This document shows, piece by piece, positions 11,701-22,062 of a stretch of DNA of 64,000 nucleotides; within the stretch, counting starts at the first letter, position 1, and every line of letters starts with the position of its first letter. Both the position numbers and the translations under genes were made by a program. This DNA comes from Escherichia phage vB_EcoM_CE1: the sequence record ON229909.1, one strand, 5' to 3'. Under the pieces are notes generated by a model. That model was not told the origin of the DNA. It saw only the letters and a program-made list of their open reading frames with translations, and ran no database searches.

Positions 11701-12648
11701 TTCATTTGGACGAATACTAGAATTAGTTGTTATAATACGTAAACGTGCTTTACTATCCCCGTCAAACAATCTCCACAATTTCTCATTATCATCAAACATC
11801 AAGAAACCGTCAATCGTTGTACGGCCTTCAATGGAATGAGTTCCAACTTCTTGTATTGAAGTCGTTTCATCGTATGTAGTAACAATTGTATGATAAAGCG
11901 GATTTAGTTTATCTAAATCAACGAAATTAATAATATCGCCATGATTAGCAAATCTTGGAAGTTTAACATTAATTGGTGCAGCAGAAGTAAATCTACGTAC
12001 GATAAAATCGTTAGATTGCGCCTGATAAAGACTTGCCGGTGTTACGACTACAGCTTCTCTGCTATAATCAGCAACATACATTTGCCACAGACGATTACTA
12101 AAAATTAAAACTATCTGCGATTTTGGATGAGTCATTAGTACTGAACGTACTTGTTCGCCTCTGAAGTTTACAATGCTTTGCACTGGAGCTACAATTAAAA
12201 CTTGGTTAACACCAGGTTTTCCACCAATATCTTGAAGAACGATAGTATCTCCATCAATTGGAGAAGATGGCAAAGTAAATGTAATGTCATTACCAGCTGC
12301 AGTATCAACTGAAATTGATTCGCCTGATTTTAATTGATAAGGTCCTGATGAAACAGTTGTCCAATTAGCATCGGTACGTAACGCTCTCCAGCGTACACTA
12401 TTAAAAGCTCCTGCTGGTTTTGGAATATCATTTATAGCAGCCCAAAAGCGGTTATCATAAATGATTACAAAATCTTTTAAATATCCACGAGTTGGATCAT
12501 ATTGTTGAACTGTGTTTTCTTGAATTAAGTAATCAACGTTAACACCGTCAGTTCCTACGGTACGATCAGCTAAAGCTACGTTGATTATTTTATCGCCACC
12601 TGCGTCCAGACCATCTTCTGCTCTGAACTTTCTTTTAATCTCGGCCAT
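8779..12648 (-). CDS. 34: gp34 long tail fiber proximal subunit
   Basis: 1289 aa, same length as T4 gp34; N-terminus MAEIKRKFRAEDGLDAGGDKIINVALADR...; internal TATETRRG repeats. Confidence 0.95.
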   Translation of the reverse strand: MAEIKRKFRAEDGLDAGGDKIINVALADRTVGTDGVNVDYLIQENTVQQYDPTRGYLKDFVIIYDNRFWAAINDIPKPAGAFNSVRWRALRTDANWTTVSSGPYQLKSGESISVDTAAGNDITFTLPSSPIDGDTIVLQDIGGKPGVNQVLIVAPVQSIVNFRGEQVRSVLMTHPKSQIVLIFSNRLWQMYVADYSREAVVVTPASLYQAQSNDFIVRRFTSAAPINVKLPRFANHGDIINFVDLDKLNPLYHTIVTTYDETTSIQEVGTHSIEGRTTIDGFLMFDDNEKLWRLFDGDSKARLRIITTNSSIRPNEEVMVFGANNGTTQTIELQLPTDISVGDTVKISMNYMRKGHTVKIKAAGEDKIASSVQLLQFPKRSEYPPETKWVTVQELVFNGETNYVPVLELAYIEDSDGKYWVVQQNVPTVERVDSLNDSTRARLGVIALATQAQANADLENSPQKELAITPETLANRTATETRRGIARIATTAQVNQDTTFSFADDIIITPKKLNERTATETRRGVAEIATQQETNAGTDDTTIITPKKLQARQGSESLSGIVTFVSTAGATPASSRELNGTNVYNKNTDNLVVSPKALDQYKATPTQQGAVILAVESEVIAGQSQEGWANAVVTPETLHKKTSTDARIGLIEIATQSEVNTGTDYTRAVTPKTLNDRIATESLSGIAEIATQVEFDAGVDDTRISTPLKIKTRFNSTDRTSVVALSGLVESGTLWDHYTLNILEANETQRGTLRVATQVEAAAGTLDNVLITPKKLLGTKSTESQEGVIKVATQSETVAGTSANTAVSPKNLKWIVQSEPTWAATTLVRGFVKTSSGSITFVGNDTVGSTQSLELYEKNSYAVSPYELNRVLANYLPLKAKAVDSNLLDGLDSSQFIRRDIAQTVNGSLTLTQQTNLSAPLVSSSTATFGGSVSANSTLTISNTGTATRLIFEKGPQTGTNPAQTMTVSVWGNQFSGGSDTTRSTVFEVSDETSYHFYSQRDKDGNIAFSINGTVMPINVNALGSLNANGVATFGSSVTANGEFISKSSNAFRAINGDYGFFIRNDAANTYFMLTASGDQTGGFNGLRPLSINNQSGQVTIGESLIIAKGATITSGGLTVNSRIRSQGTKTSDLYTRAPTSDTVGFWSIDINDSATYNQFPGYFKMVEKTNEVTGLPYLERGEEVKSPGTLTQFGNTLDSLYQDWITYPTTPEARTTRWTRTWQKTKNSWSSFVQVFDGGNPPQPSDIGALPSDNAIMGNLTIRDFLRIGNVRIIPDPVNKTVKFEWVE

Positions 12649-12682
12649 TCTCCCGGGCTCCTATTGTGTTTTCAATAATAAG

Positions 12683-12690
12683 TATTTATA
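12683..12690 (-). promoter_or_regulatory. late promoter TATAAATA for gene 34
   Basis: TATAAATA on minus strand ~35 nt upstream of gene 34 start. Confidence 0.55.
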
Positions 12691-12693
12691 CTT

Positions 12694-12721
12694 GTTTACT
12701 TTAAGATTTGGATGGTATAAT
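12694..12721 (+). promoter_or_regulatory. early-type promoter for rnh
   Basis: GTTTAC, 16-nt spacer, TATAAT; divergent from gene 34. Confidence 0.5.
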
Positions 12722-12750
12722 AGAAATCTCACTAATTGAACGAGGTTCAT

Positions 12751-13668
12751 ATGGATTTAGAAATGATGCTGGATGAAGATTACAAAGAAGGAATTTGCTT
12801 AATTGACTTTAGTCAAATTGCGCTTTCAACTGCTCTAGTAAACTTCCCAGATAAAGAAAAAATTAATTTATCAATGGTTCGTCATTTGATATTGAACTCA
12901 ATTAAGTTTAATGTCAAAAAAGCAAAAACGCTTGGATACACTAAAATTGTACTGTGTATTGATAACGCGAAATCTGGATACTGGCGTCGTGATTTCGCTT
13001 ATTATTATAAGAAAAACCGCGGAAAGGCACGAGAAGAATCTACTTGGGACTGGGAAGGTTATTTTGAATCCAGCCATAAAGTTATAGATGAATTAAAAGC
13101 TTATATGCCATACATTGTTATGGATATTGATAAGTATGAAGCAGATGACCACATTGCTGTTCTTGTTAAAAAGTTCTCTTTAGAAGGACACAAGATTTTA
13201 ATCATTTCATCGGATGGTGACTTTACACAGCTTCACAAATATCCAAATGTTAAGCAATGGTCACCGATGCACAAGAAATGGGTTAAAATTAAAAGCGGTT
13301 CTGCTGAAATTGACTGTATGACTAAAATCCTTAAAGGCGACAAAAAGGATAACGTCGCTTCAGTTAAAGTACGATCTGACTTTTGGTTTACCAGAGTTGA
13401 AGGTGAACGAACTCCTTCAATGAAAACATCTGTTGTTGAAGCTATTGCTAATGACCGTGAGCAAGCTAAGGTGCTTCTCACTGAATCTGAATATAATCGA
13501 TACAAAGAAAATTTAGTTCTAATTGATTTTGATTATATTCCTGATAATATTGCTTCAAACATTGTGAATTACTATAATTCATATAAATTACCACCGCGTG
13601 GCAAAATTTATTCATATTTTGTAAAAGCGGGTCTTTCTAAATTAACTAATAGCATTAATGAATTTTGA
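12751..13668 (+). CDS. rnh: RNase H (5'-3' exonuclease)
   Basis: 305 aa from ATG with GAGG SD (track ORF starts at an upstream TTG); MDLEMMLDEDYKEGICLIDFSQIALSTALVNF matches T4 RNase H. Confidence 0.95.
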   Translation: MDLEMMLDEDYKEGICLIDFSQIALSTALVNFPDKEKINLSMVRHLILNSIKFNVKKAKTLGYTKIVLCIDNAKSGYWRRDFAYYYKKNRGKAREESTWDWEGYFESSHKVIDELKAYMPYIVMDIDKYEADDHIAVLVKKFSLEGHKILIISSDGDFTQLHKYPNVKQWSPMHKKWVKIKSGSAEIDCMTKILKGDKKDNVASVKVRSDFWFTRVEGERTPSMKTSVVEAIANDREQAKVLLTESEYNRYKENLVLIDFDYIPDNIASNIVNYYNSYKLPPRGKIYSYFVKAGLSKLTNSINEF

Positions 13669-13676
13669 GGTGAATA

Positions 13677-13946
13677 ATGGCTAAAAAAGAAATGGTTGAA
13701 TTTGATGAAGCTATCCATGGCGAAGACTTAGCTAAATTTATCAAAGAAGCATCTGATCATAAACTGAAAATTTCTGGTTATAATGAATTGATTAAAGATA
13801 TTCGAATTCGTGCTAAAGATGAACTTGGCGTTGATGGTAAGATGTTTAATCGTCTGTTAGCTTTGTATCATAAAGATAACCGTGATGTGTTTGAAGCTGA
13901 AACCGAAGAGGTAGTTGAACTTTATGACACAGTTTTCTCTAAATGA
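13677..13946 (+). CDS. dsbA: DsbA double-stranded DNA binding protein
   Basis: 89 aa, T4 DsbA length and position between rnh and 33. Confidence 0.8.
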   Translation: MAKKEMVEFDEAIHGEDLAKFIKEASDHKLKISGYNELIKDIRIRAKDELGVDGKMFNRLLALYHKDNRDVFEAETEEVVELYDTVFSK

Positions 13947-14262
13947 TATTCGTCCGGTCGATGAGACCGGTCTTTCAGAAAAAGAACTTTCAATTAAGAA
14001 AGAAAAGGATGAAATTGCAAAGCTTCTTGATCGTCAAGAAAATGGATTTATTATTGAAAAAATGGTAGAAGAGTTTGGAATGAGTTATCTTGAAGCTACA
14101 ACAGCATTCTTAGAAGAAAATTCTATTCCTGAAACTCAATTTGCTAAATTTATTCCTTCGGGTATAATTGAAAAAATTCAGTCAGAAGCTATTGACGAAA
14201 ATCTTTTACGTCCTTCTGTTGTTCGTTGTGAAAAAACTAATACATTAGATTTTCTACTATGA
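13924..14262 (+). CDS. 33: gp33 late transcription co-activator
   Basis: 112 aa from internal ATG (MTQFSLNDIRPVDETGLSEKELS...), matches T4 gp33. Confidence 0.9.
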   Translation: MTQFSLNDIRPVDETGLSEKELSIKKEKDEIAKLLDRQENGFIIEKMVEEFGMSYLEATTAFLEENSIPETQFAKFIPSGIIEKIQSEAIDENLLRPSVVRCEKTNTLDFLL

Positions 14263-14912
14263 TTAAACTCCGCATGCCTGCTGGTGGTGAAAGATACATT
14301 GATGGTAAATCAGTTTATAAATTATACTTAATGATAAAACAACATATGAATGGAAAGTATGATGTAATTAAGTATAATTGGTGCATGCGGGTGTCTGATG
14401 CCGCTTATCAAAAGCGAAGGGATAAGTATTTTTTCCAGAAGTTATCAGAAAAATATAAATTAAAGGAACTTGCTTTAATCTTTATAAGCAATCTTGTTGC
14501 TAACCAAGATGCTTGGATTGGTGACATCTCTGACGCTGATGCACTTGTGTTTTATCGTGAATATATCGGACGCTTAAAGCAAATTAAATTTAAGTTTGAA
14601 GAAGATATTCGCAACATTTATTATTTTAGTAAAAAAGTTGAAGTTTCTGCTTTTAAAGAAATCTTTGAGTATAATCCAAAAGTTCAATCAAGTTATATTT
14701 TTAAACTACTTCAATCGAATATAATTTCGTTTGAGACGTTTATCTTGCTTGATTCGTTTTTAAATATAATTGATAAACATGATGAACAGACTGATAATTT
14801 AGTCTGGAATAATTATTCTATAAAGTTAAAGGCTTATAGAAAAATTTTAAATATTGATTCGCAGAAAGCCAAAAGTGTTTTCATTGAAACTGTGAAATCT
14901 TGTAAGTATTAA
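14259..14912 (+). CDS. 59: gp59 helicase loader
   Basis: 217 aa, MIKLRMPAGGERYIDGKSVYKLYLMIKQHMNGKYDVIKYNW... matches T4 gp59. Confidence 0.95.
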   Translation: MIKLRMPAGGERYIDGKSVYKLYLMIKQHMNGKYDVIKYNWCMRVSDAAYQKRRDKYFFQKLSEKYKLKELALIFISNLVANQDAWIGDISDADALVFYREYIGRLKQIKFKFEEDIRNIYYFSKKVEVSAFKEIFEYNPKVQSSYIFKLLQSNIISFETFILLDSFLNIIDKHDEQTDNLVWNNYSIKLKAYRKILNIDSQKAKSVFIETVKSCKY

Positions 14913-14920
14913 TTGCTTAT

Positions 14921-14928
14921 TATAAATA
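14921..14928 (+). promoter_or_regulatory. late promoter TATAAATA upstream of gene 32
   Basis: exact TATAAATA on plus strand ~85 nt upstream of gene 32 ATG. Confidence 0.4.
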
Positions 14929-14945
14929 GATTATAATTATCTCAC

Positions 14946-15011
14946 TGACCAGCTATGAGGTCATACATCGTCATAGCACCAACTGTTAATTAAATTAAAA
15001 AGGAAATAAAA
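14946..15011 (+). promoter_or_regulatory. gene 32 autoregulatory translational operator (pseudoknot plus AU-rich leader)
   Basis: UGACC/GGUCA and AGCUAUG/CAUAGC stems followed by UUAAUUAAAUUAAAAAGGAAAUAAAAAUG, as in the T4 gene 32 leader. Confidence 0.6.
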
Positions 15012-15920
15012 ATGTTTAAACGTAAATCTACTGCTGAACTCGCTGCACAAATGGCTAAACTGGCTGGAAATAAAGGTGGTTTTTCTTCTGAAGATAAAGG
15101 CGAGTGGAAACTGAAACTCGACAATGCGGGTAACGGCCAAGCAGTAATTCGTTTTCTTCCGTCTAAAAATGATGAACAAGCACCATTCGCACTTCTTGTA
15201 AATCACGGTTTCAAGAAAAATGGTAAATGGTATATCGAAACATGTTCATCTACCCACGGTGATTACGATTCTTGTCCAGTATGTCAGTACATCAGTAAAA
15301 ATGATTTGTACAACACTGACAATAAAGAGTACGGTCTTGTTAAACGTAAAACTTCTTACTGGGCTAACATTCTTGTAGTAAAAGACCCAGCTGCTCCAGA
15401 AAATGAAGGTAAAGTATTTAAATACCGTTTCGGTAAGAAAATCTGGGATAAAATCAATGCAATGATTGCAGTTGATGTTGAAATGGGTGAAACTCCGGTT
15501 GATGTAACTTGTCCGTGGGAAGGTGCTAACTTTGTACTGAAAGTTAAACAAGTTTCTGGTTTTAGTAACTATGACGAATCTAAATTCCTGAATCAATCTG
15601 CGATTCCAAACATTGATGATGAATCTTTCCAGAAAGAACTGTTCGAACAAATGGTTGACCTTTCTGAAATGACTTCTAAAGATAAATTCAAATCGTTTGA
15701 AGAACTGAGCACTAAGTTCAGTCAAGTTATGGGAACTGCTGCTATGGGTGGTGCCGCAGCAACTGCCGCTAAGAAAGCTGATAAAGTTGCTGATGATTTG
15801 GATGCATTCAATGTTGATGACTTCAAAACAAAAACTGAAGATGATTTTATGAGCTCAAGCTCTGGCAGTTCATCTAGTGCTGATGACACGGATCTGGATG
15901 ACCTTTTGAATGACCTTTAA
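15012..15920 (+). CDS. 32: gp32 single-stranded DNA binding protein
   Basis: 302 codons, [50 protein letters not shown]... matches T4 gp32. Confidence 0.97.
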   Translation: MFKRKSTAELAAQMAKLAGNKGGFSSEDKGEWKLKLDNAGNGQAVIRFLPSKNDEQAPFALLVNHGFKKNGKWYIETCSSTHGDYDSCPVCQYISKNDLYNTDNKEYGLVKRKTSYWANILVVKDPAAPENEGKVFKYRFGKKIWDKINAMIAVDVEMGETPVDVTCPWEGANFVLKVKQVSGFSNYDESKFLNQSAIPNIDDESFQKELFEQMVDLSEMTSKDKFKSFEELSTKFSQVMGTAAMGGAAATAAKKADKVADDLDAFNVDDFKTKTEDDFMSSSSGSSSSADDTDLDDLLNDL

Positions 15921-15942
15921 TAGATTATATTACTAATTAATT

Positions 15943-15970
15943 GGGGACCCTAGAGGTCCCCTTTTTTTTA
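15943..15970 (+). terminator. rho-independent terminator after gene 32
   Basis: GGGGACC-CUAGA-GGUCCCC hairpin followed by T8. Confidence 0.7.
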
Positions 15971-15993
15971 TTTCAAAAATTTTTCACAAAACT

Positions 15994-16023
15994 GTTTACA
16001 TCTCTGTTCTTCTATGGTACTAT
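15994..16023 (+). promoter_or_regulatory. early-type promoter
   Basis: GTTTAC, ~18 nt, TACTAT downstream of the gene 32 terminator. Confidence 0.4.
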
Positions 16024-16066
16024 ACAACTATCGGCAATACTGCTGATGATTAAAGAGGAAAATAAT

Positions 16067-16294
16067 ATGGCTAAAGTTGATATTGACATCGTTGATTTTG
16101 AATATATTGAAGAAATTATTCGTAATCGTTATCCTGAACTTAGTATCACAAGCGTACAAGATTCTAAGTTTTGGAGTATTCAAATCGTTATTGAAGGTCC
16201 TCTTGAAGACCTCACCCGCTTTATGGCTAATGAATATTGCGATGGCATGGATGCTGAAGACGCAGAATTTTATATGGGACTGATTGAACAATAA
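16067..16294 (+). CDS. hypothetical protein (frd-proximal small ORF)
   Basis: 75 aa from ATG preceded by AGAGGAAA; the track ORF 15941..16294 begins at an upstream alternative start. Confidence 0.55.
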   Translation: MAKVDIDIVDFEYIEEIIRNRYPELSITSVQDSKFWSIQIVIEGPLEDLTRFMANEYCDGMDAEDAEFYMGLIEQ

Positions 16295-16339
16295 TTATCA
16301 AGGGGCTATTACAGTCCCGTTAAAATGAGGAAAATCAAA

Positions 16340-16726
16340 ATGGAAATCGGCAAAAAATATGAGTTAAATCCACACCGTATTAAATCTTTCATTGATATTA
16401 GTTCATCAAATGCTAATATGGTCAGCATCATTCAAGAAAATGGCGGTTGGTTTGAAGTTAAATCAATATCAAGTTTAGATGGCTTTGATTATGTAACCGA
16501 AATCATTTGTGCTAATGGCGAAATCTATTATAATGATGGCATAGGTGATGATTATTTTGAACTTAGTGAAGAAGAGTTTTATTGTTTCCGCGAGTATAAA
16601 GAACCGACTTCTGAAGAAGATGAAGTCGAAGACAAGATTTCTGGCGTAACAAAAATTCACTGCATTGTAGACGAAAACAATGTAGATGAAATCATTGAAC
16701 TTTTGCGAAAAACTTTCAAAAAGTAG
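16340..16726 (+). CDS. hypothetical protein (frd-proximal small ORF)
   Basis: 128 aa from ATG preceded by GAGGAAA (track ORF 16325..16726). Confidence 0.55.
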   Translation: MEIGKKYELNPHRIKSFIDISSSNANMVSIIQENGGWFEVKSISSLDGFDYVTEIICANGEIYYNDGIGDDYFELSEEEFYCFREYKEPTSEEDEVEDKISGVTKIHCIVDENNVDEIIELLRKTFKK

Positions 16727-16755
16727 TTTACAGTAGGGTAGTAGTGTGATACTAT
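16726..16755 (+). promoter_or_regulatory. early-type promoter
   Basis: GTTTAC, 18 nt, TACTAT upstream of ORF 16781. Confidence 0.4.
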
Positions 16756-16780
16756 TACCCTATCAACTAAGGAGAATAAA

Positions 16781-17023
16781 ATGAGATTACAACGCCAGAG
16801 CATTAAAGATTCAGAAGTTAGAGGTAAATGGTATTTTAATATCATTGGTAAAGATTCTGAACTTGTTGAAAAAGCTGAACATCTTTTACGTGACATGGGA
16901 TGGGAAGATGAATGTGATGGATGCCCTCTTTATGAGGATGGAGAAAGCGCAGGATTCTGGATTTACCACTCTGACGTTGAACAGTTTAAAGCTGATTGGA
17001 AAATTGTGAAAAAGTCTGTTTAA
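16781..17023 (+). CDS. hypothetical protein
   Basis: 80-aa ORF with GGAGAA SD. Confidence 0.55.
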   Translation: MRLQRQSIKDSEVRGKWYFNIIGKDSELVEKAEHLLRDMGWEDECDGCPLYEDGESAGFWIYHSDVEQFKADWKIVKKSV

Positions 17024-17033
17024 GGAAAATAAT

Positions 17034-17276
17034 ATGATTTTTGTATTTGAATTTATGAATGATGAATTCGATTATGCAATTTTTAACGCATTGCATAATC
17101 CTGATTTAAATGAATTTAATGAAATGTTTTCTGACGCTTTGAGTATGTCAGAAGAATACTGTGGAGAGTGTCAACGTGTTTGTGTGACAGTTTTTGAAAA
17201 CAAAGAAAAGACATATGAAGAATTATTCTTTGATGCTAATAAAGCCGCTGAATGGTTTATTGAAAGGGGGTTTTGA
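17034..17276 (+). CDS. hypothetical protein
   Basis: 80-aa ORF immediately upstream of frd. Confidence 0.5.
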   Translation: MIFVFEFMNDEFDYAIFNALHNPDLNEFNEMFSDALSMSEEYCGECQRVCVTVFENKEKTYEELFFDANKAAEWFIERGF

Positions 17277-18066
<790 letters not shown>

Positions 18067-18067
<1 letters not shown>

Positions 18068-18615
18068 TGAAACAATACCAATTTTTAATTAAAGATATCC
18101 TGGAAAACGGTTATGAAACCGATGACCGAACAGGCACAGGAACAATTGCTTTGTTCGGTACTAAATTACGTTGGGATTTAACTAAAGGTTTTCCTGCAGT
18201 AACGACTAAGAAGCTCGCCTGGAATGCATGTATTTCTGAGTTATTGTGGTTCTTATCAGGAAGTACTAACGTAAATGATTTGCGATTAATTCAACATAAT
18301 TCATTAATTCAAGGCAAAACAGTCTGGGATGAAAATTACGAAAATCAAGCAAAAGATTTAGGATATCATAGCGGTGAACTTGGTCCAATTTATGGAAAAC
18401 AATGGCGTGATTTTGGCGGTGTAGACCAAATTATAGAAGTTATTGATCGTATTAAAAAACTGCCGAATGATAGGCGTCAAATTGTTTCTGCATGGAATCC
18501 AGCTGAACTTAAGCAAATGGCATTACCGCCTTGTCACATGTTCTATCAGTTTAATGTGCGTAATGGCTATTTGGATTTGCAGTGGTATCAACGTTCTGTA
18601 GATGTTTTCTTGGGT
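18067..18615 (+). CDS. td: thymidylate synthase, exon 1
   Basis: 183 codons MKQYQFLIKDILENGYETDDRTGTGT...QRSVDVFLG; exon ends CTTGGGT as at the T4 td 5' splice site. Confidence 0.9.
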
Positions 18616-18877
18616 TAATTTAGGCCTGAGTATAAGGTGACTTATACTTGTAATCTATCTAAACGGGGAACCTCTCTAGTAGACAATCCCGTGCTAAATT
18701 GTAGGACTTTGGTTCTACATAAATGCCTAACGACTATCCCTTTAGGGAGTAGGGTCAAGTGACTCGAAACGATAGACAACTTGCTTTAGCAAGTTGGAGA
18801 TATAGTCTGCTCTGCATGGTGACATGCAGCTGGATATAATTCCGGGATAAGATTAACGACCTTATCTGAACATAATG
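18616..18877 (+). ncRNA. group I self-splicing intron in td, ORF-less
   Basis: 262 nt, begins TAATTTAGGCCTGAGTATAAGGTGACTTATACTTG and ends GATTAACGACCTTATCTGAACATAATG, matching the T4 td intron core; no ORF in the P6 loop. Confidence 0.85.
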
Positions 18878-19189
18878 CTTCCATTTAATATTGCATCATA
18901 TGCTGCGTTAGTTCATATTGTAGCTAAGATGTGTAATCTTATTCCAGGAGATTTGATATTTTCTGGTGGTAATACTCATATCTATATGAATCACGTAGAA
19001 CAGTGTAAAGAAATTTTACGTCGTGAACCTAAAGAGCTTTGTGAACTGGTAATAAGTGGTCTACCTTATAAATTCCGCTATCTTTCTACTAAAGAACAAT
19101 TAAAATATGTTCTTAAACTCAGGCCTAAAGATTTCGTTCTTAAAGGTTATGAATCACACCCTCCTATTAAAGGAAAAATGGCAGTGTAA
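18878..19189 (+). CDS. td: thymidylate synthase, exon 2
   Basis: 103 codons LPFNIASYAALVHIVAKMCNLIPGDLIFSGGNTHIYMNH...; exon1+exon2 = 286 aa as T4 TS. Confidence 0.9.
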   Translation, partial: LPFNIASYAALVHIVAKMCNLIPGDLIFSGGNTHIYMNHVEQCKEILRREPKELCELVISGLPYKFRYLSTKEQLKYVLKLRPKDFVLKGYESHPPIKGKMAV

Positions 19190-19212
19190 TTAATTATTAA
19201 TTGTGAGGATAT

Positions 19213-19476
19213 ATGATTTTACGATTTAAAGATACTTCTGGTGTAGTTCTTTTTACACTTCCTAATCCAAGTGAGCTAGAAGTTCCAGGACCAAATCAGC
19301 CTATTATCATTTATGGCAAAAAATATTATACTCATAAAATGACTCGTGAGTATTTTGATAATAAAATTTCCACAGTTAAAACTTCTTCTGACTGTTACTA
19401 CGATATTACTGTTTTAACGGAAAAACAATATGCCGAATTATCACCGCGCGGGCCGTCTATGTCGGGTAGTGAATAA
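19213..19476 (+). CDS. hypothetical protein
   Basis: 87-aa ORF between td and nrdA. Confidence 0.5.
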   Translation: MILRFKDTSGVVLFTLPNPSELEVPGPNQPIIIYGKKYYTHKMTREYFDNKISTVKTSSDCYYDITVLTEKQYAELSPRGPSMSGSE

Positions 19477-19756
19477 ATACAAATCCGACTTTGATGTTAA
19501 TATTCACCGTGGTACATTTTGGGGAAATTACGTCGGTAAAGATGCTGGCAGCCGGGAGGCTGCCATTGAATTATTCAAAAAAGATTTTATACGTCGAATT
19601 AAATCCGGAGAAATAACTAAAGCACATTTAGAGCCTTTACGTGGAATGAGGCTAGGATGCACATGTAAACCAAAGCCGTGTCATGGTGATATAATAGCTC
19701 ATATAGTTAACCGATTGTTTAAAGACGATTTTCAAGTTGAGGACTTATGCAATTAA
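19430..19756 (+). CDS. hypothetical protein with [11 protein letters not shown] motif
   Basis: 108-aa ORF; overlaps previous ORF and nrdA start; true start uncertain. Confidence 0.45.
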   Translation: MPNYHRAGRLCRVVNKYKSDFDVNIHRGTFWGNYVGKDAGSREAAIELFKKDFIRRIKSGEITKAHLEPLRGMRLGCTCKPKPCHGDIIAHIVNRLFKDDFQVEDLCN

Positions 19757-22011
19757 TTAATGTTATCAAAAGTAGTGGTGTTTCTCAGAGCTTTGACCCG
19801 CAAAAAATTATTAAAGTTTTATCTTGGGCAGCTGAAGGAACATCTGTAGATCCTTATGAATTATATGAAAATATTAAATCATATCTCCGTGATGGAATGA
19901 CCACTGATGACATTCAAACTATTGTAATTAAGGCTGCTGCGAATTCTATTTCAGTTGAAGAGCCTGATTACCAATATGTAGCTGCACGCTGTTTAATGTT
20001 TGCTCTTCGTAAACATGTGTACGGACAGTATGAGCCCCGTTCATTTATTGACCATATTTCTTACTGTGTAAATGAAGGTAAATACGATCCTGAATTGTTG
20101 TCAAAATATTCTGCAGAAGAAATTACATTTTTAGAATCAAAAATTAAGCACGAGCGGGATATGGAATTTACTTATTCCGGGGCGATGCAATTAAAAGAAA
20201 AATATCTCGTTAAAGATAAAACCACTGGTCAAATTTATGAAACTCCACAGTTTGCATTTATGACTATTGGAATGGCATTGCATCAAGATGAACCTGTTGA
20301 CAGATTAAAACATGTTATTCGTTTTTATGAAGCAGTATCTACTCGACAGATTTCATTGCCAACTCCTATTATGGCTGGATGTCGTACTCCGACTCGGCAA
20401 TTTAGTTCATGTGTTGTTATTGAGGCAGGTGATTCGCTGAAGTCTATCAATAAGGCTTCTGCTTCAATTGTTGAGTATATTTCTAAACGAGCTGGAATCG
20501 GCATTAACGTTGGTATGATTCGTGCCGAAGGTTCTAAGATTGGCACAGGTGAAGTGCGTCATACTGGCGTTATTCCTTTTTGGAAACATTTTCAGACTGC
20601 TGTTAAATCATGTTCACAGGGCGGAATTCGTGGCGGCGCTGCTACTGCTTATTATCCTATTTGGCATTTGGAAGTTGAAAATCTTCTCGTTTTGAAAAAT
20701 AACAAAGGTGTAGAAGAAAACCGTATCCGTCATATGGATTATGGCGTCCAGCTGAATGATTTGATGATGGAACGATTCGGAAAGAACGATTACATTACTT
20801 TGTTTAGTCCGCATGAAATGGGTGGCGAACTTTATTATTCTTATTTTAAAGACCAAGACCGTTTCCGTGAATTATACGAAGCGGCAGAAAAAGATCCTAA
20901 TATTCGTAAAAAGCGTATTAAAGCCCGTGAACTATTTGAATTGCTCATGACTGAACGCTCAGGAACAGCAAGGATTTATGTGCAGTTCATTGATAATACG
21001 AATAACTATACTCCGTTTATTCGTGAAAAGGCGCCTATTCGCCAGAGTAACTTGTGTTGTGAAATTGCTATTCCAACAAATGATGTGAATGGACCTGACG
21101 CTGAAGTGGGCCTCTGCACTCTTTCTGCCTTTGTTCTTGATAACTTCGATTGGCAAGACCAAGATAAAATTAATGAATTGGCAGAAGTTCAAGTTCGTGC
21201 TCTTGATAATCTGTTGGATTACCAAGGATATCCAGTTCCTGAAGCAGAAAAAGCTAAAAAGCGTCGAAACCTTGGCGTAGGTGTTACTAACTATGCAGCT
21301 TGGCTGGCAAGTAACTTTGCTTCTTATGAAGATGCTAACGATTTAACACATGAACTATTTGAGAGATTACAGTATGGGCTCATTAAAGCATCCATTAAGC
21401 TCGCCAAAGAAAAAGGACCTTGCGAATATTATTCAGACACTCGTTGGTCTCGAGGCGAATTACCTATCGACTGGTACAATAAAAAGATTGACCAAATCGC
21501 AGCTCCAAAATACGTTTGTGACTGGTCGGCGCTGCGGGAAGACCTTAAGCTCTTTGGCATCCGTAATAGCACATTATCAGCACTTATGCCATGTGAGTCA
21601 TCTTCCCAAGTTTCTAACAGTACAAACGGTATCGAGCCTCCACGTGGACCAGTCTCTGTTAAAGAGTCAAAAGAGGGTTCCTTTAATCAAGTCGTGCCCA
21701 ATATTGAACATAACATAGATCTATATGATTATACATGGAAATTAGCTAAGAAAGGTAATAAACCTTATCTTACGCAGGTAGCTATTATGTTGAAATGGGT
21801 GTGCCAATCTGCTTCTGCTAATACTTACTATGACCCGCAGATTTTTCCAAAAGGAAAGGTTCCAATGTCAATAATGATTGATGACATGCTATACGGATGG
21901 TATTATGGCATTAAAAATTTCTATTATCATAATACCCGTGATGGTTCTGGTACTGATGATTATGAAATAGAAACTCCAAAAGCTGAAGATTGTTCATCCT
22001 GTAAATTATGA
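19747..22011 (+). CDS. nrdA: aerobic ribonucleotide reductase large subunit
   Basis: 754 aa, same length as T4 NrdA. Confidence 0.97.
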   Translation: MQLINVIKSSGVSQSFDPQKIIKVLSWAAEGTSVDPYELYENIKSYLRDGMTTDDIQTIVIKAAANSISVEEPDYQYVAARCLMFALRKHVYGQYEPRSFIDHISYCVNEGKYDPELLSKYSAEEITFLESKIKHERDMEFTYSGAMQLKEKYLVKDKTTGQIYETPQFAFMTIGMALHQDEPVDRLKHVIRFYEAVSTRQISLPTPIMAGCRTPTRQFSSCVVIEAGDSLKSINKASASIVEYISKRAGIGINVGMIRAEGSKIGTGEVRHTGVIPFWKHFQTAVKSCSQGGIRGGAATAYYPIWHLEVENLLVLKNNKGVEENRIRHMDYGVQLNDLMMERFGKNDYITLFSPHEMGGELYYSYFKDQDRFRELYEAAEKDPNIRKKRIKARELFELLMTERSGTARIYVQFIDNTNNYTPFIREKAPIRQSNLCCEIAIPTNDVNGPDAEVGLCTLSAFVLDNFDWQDQDKINELAEVQVRALDNLLDYQGYPVPEAEKAKKRRNLGVGVTNYAAWLASNFASYEDANDLTHELFERLQYGLIKASIKLAKEKGPCEYYSDTRWSRGELPIDWYNKKIDQIAAPKYVCDWSALREDLKLFGIRNSTLSALMPCESSSQVSNSTNGIEPPRGPVSVKESKEGSFNQVVPNIEHNIDLYDYTWKLAKKGNKPYLTQVAIMLKWVCQSASANTYYDPQIFPKGKVPMSIMIDDMLYGWYYGIKNFYYHNTRDGSGTDDYEIETPKAEDCSSCKL

Positions 22012-22062
22012 TATAATTTGACTCATGGACGAGTCACCAACTATTAACTAAGTGGAAAATTT

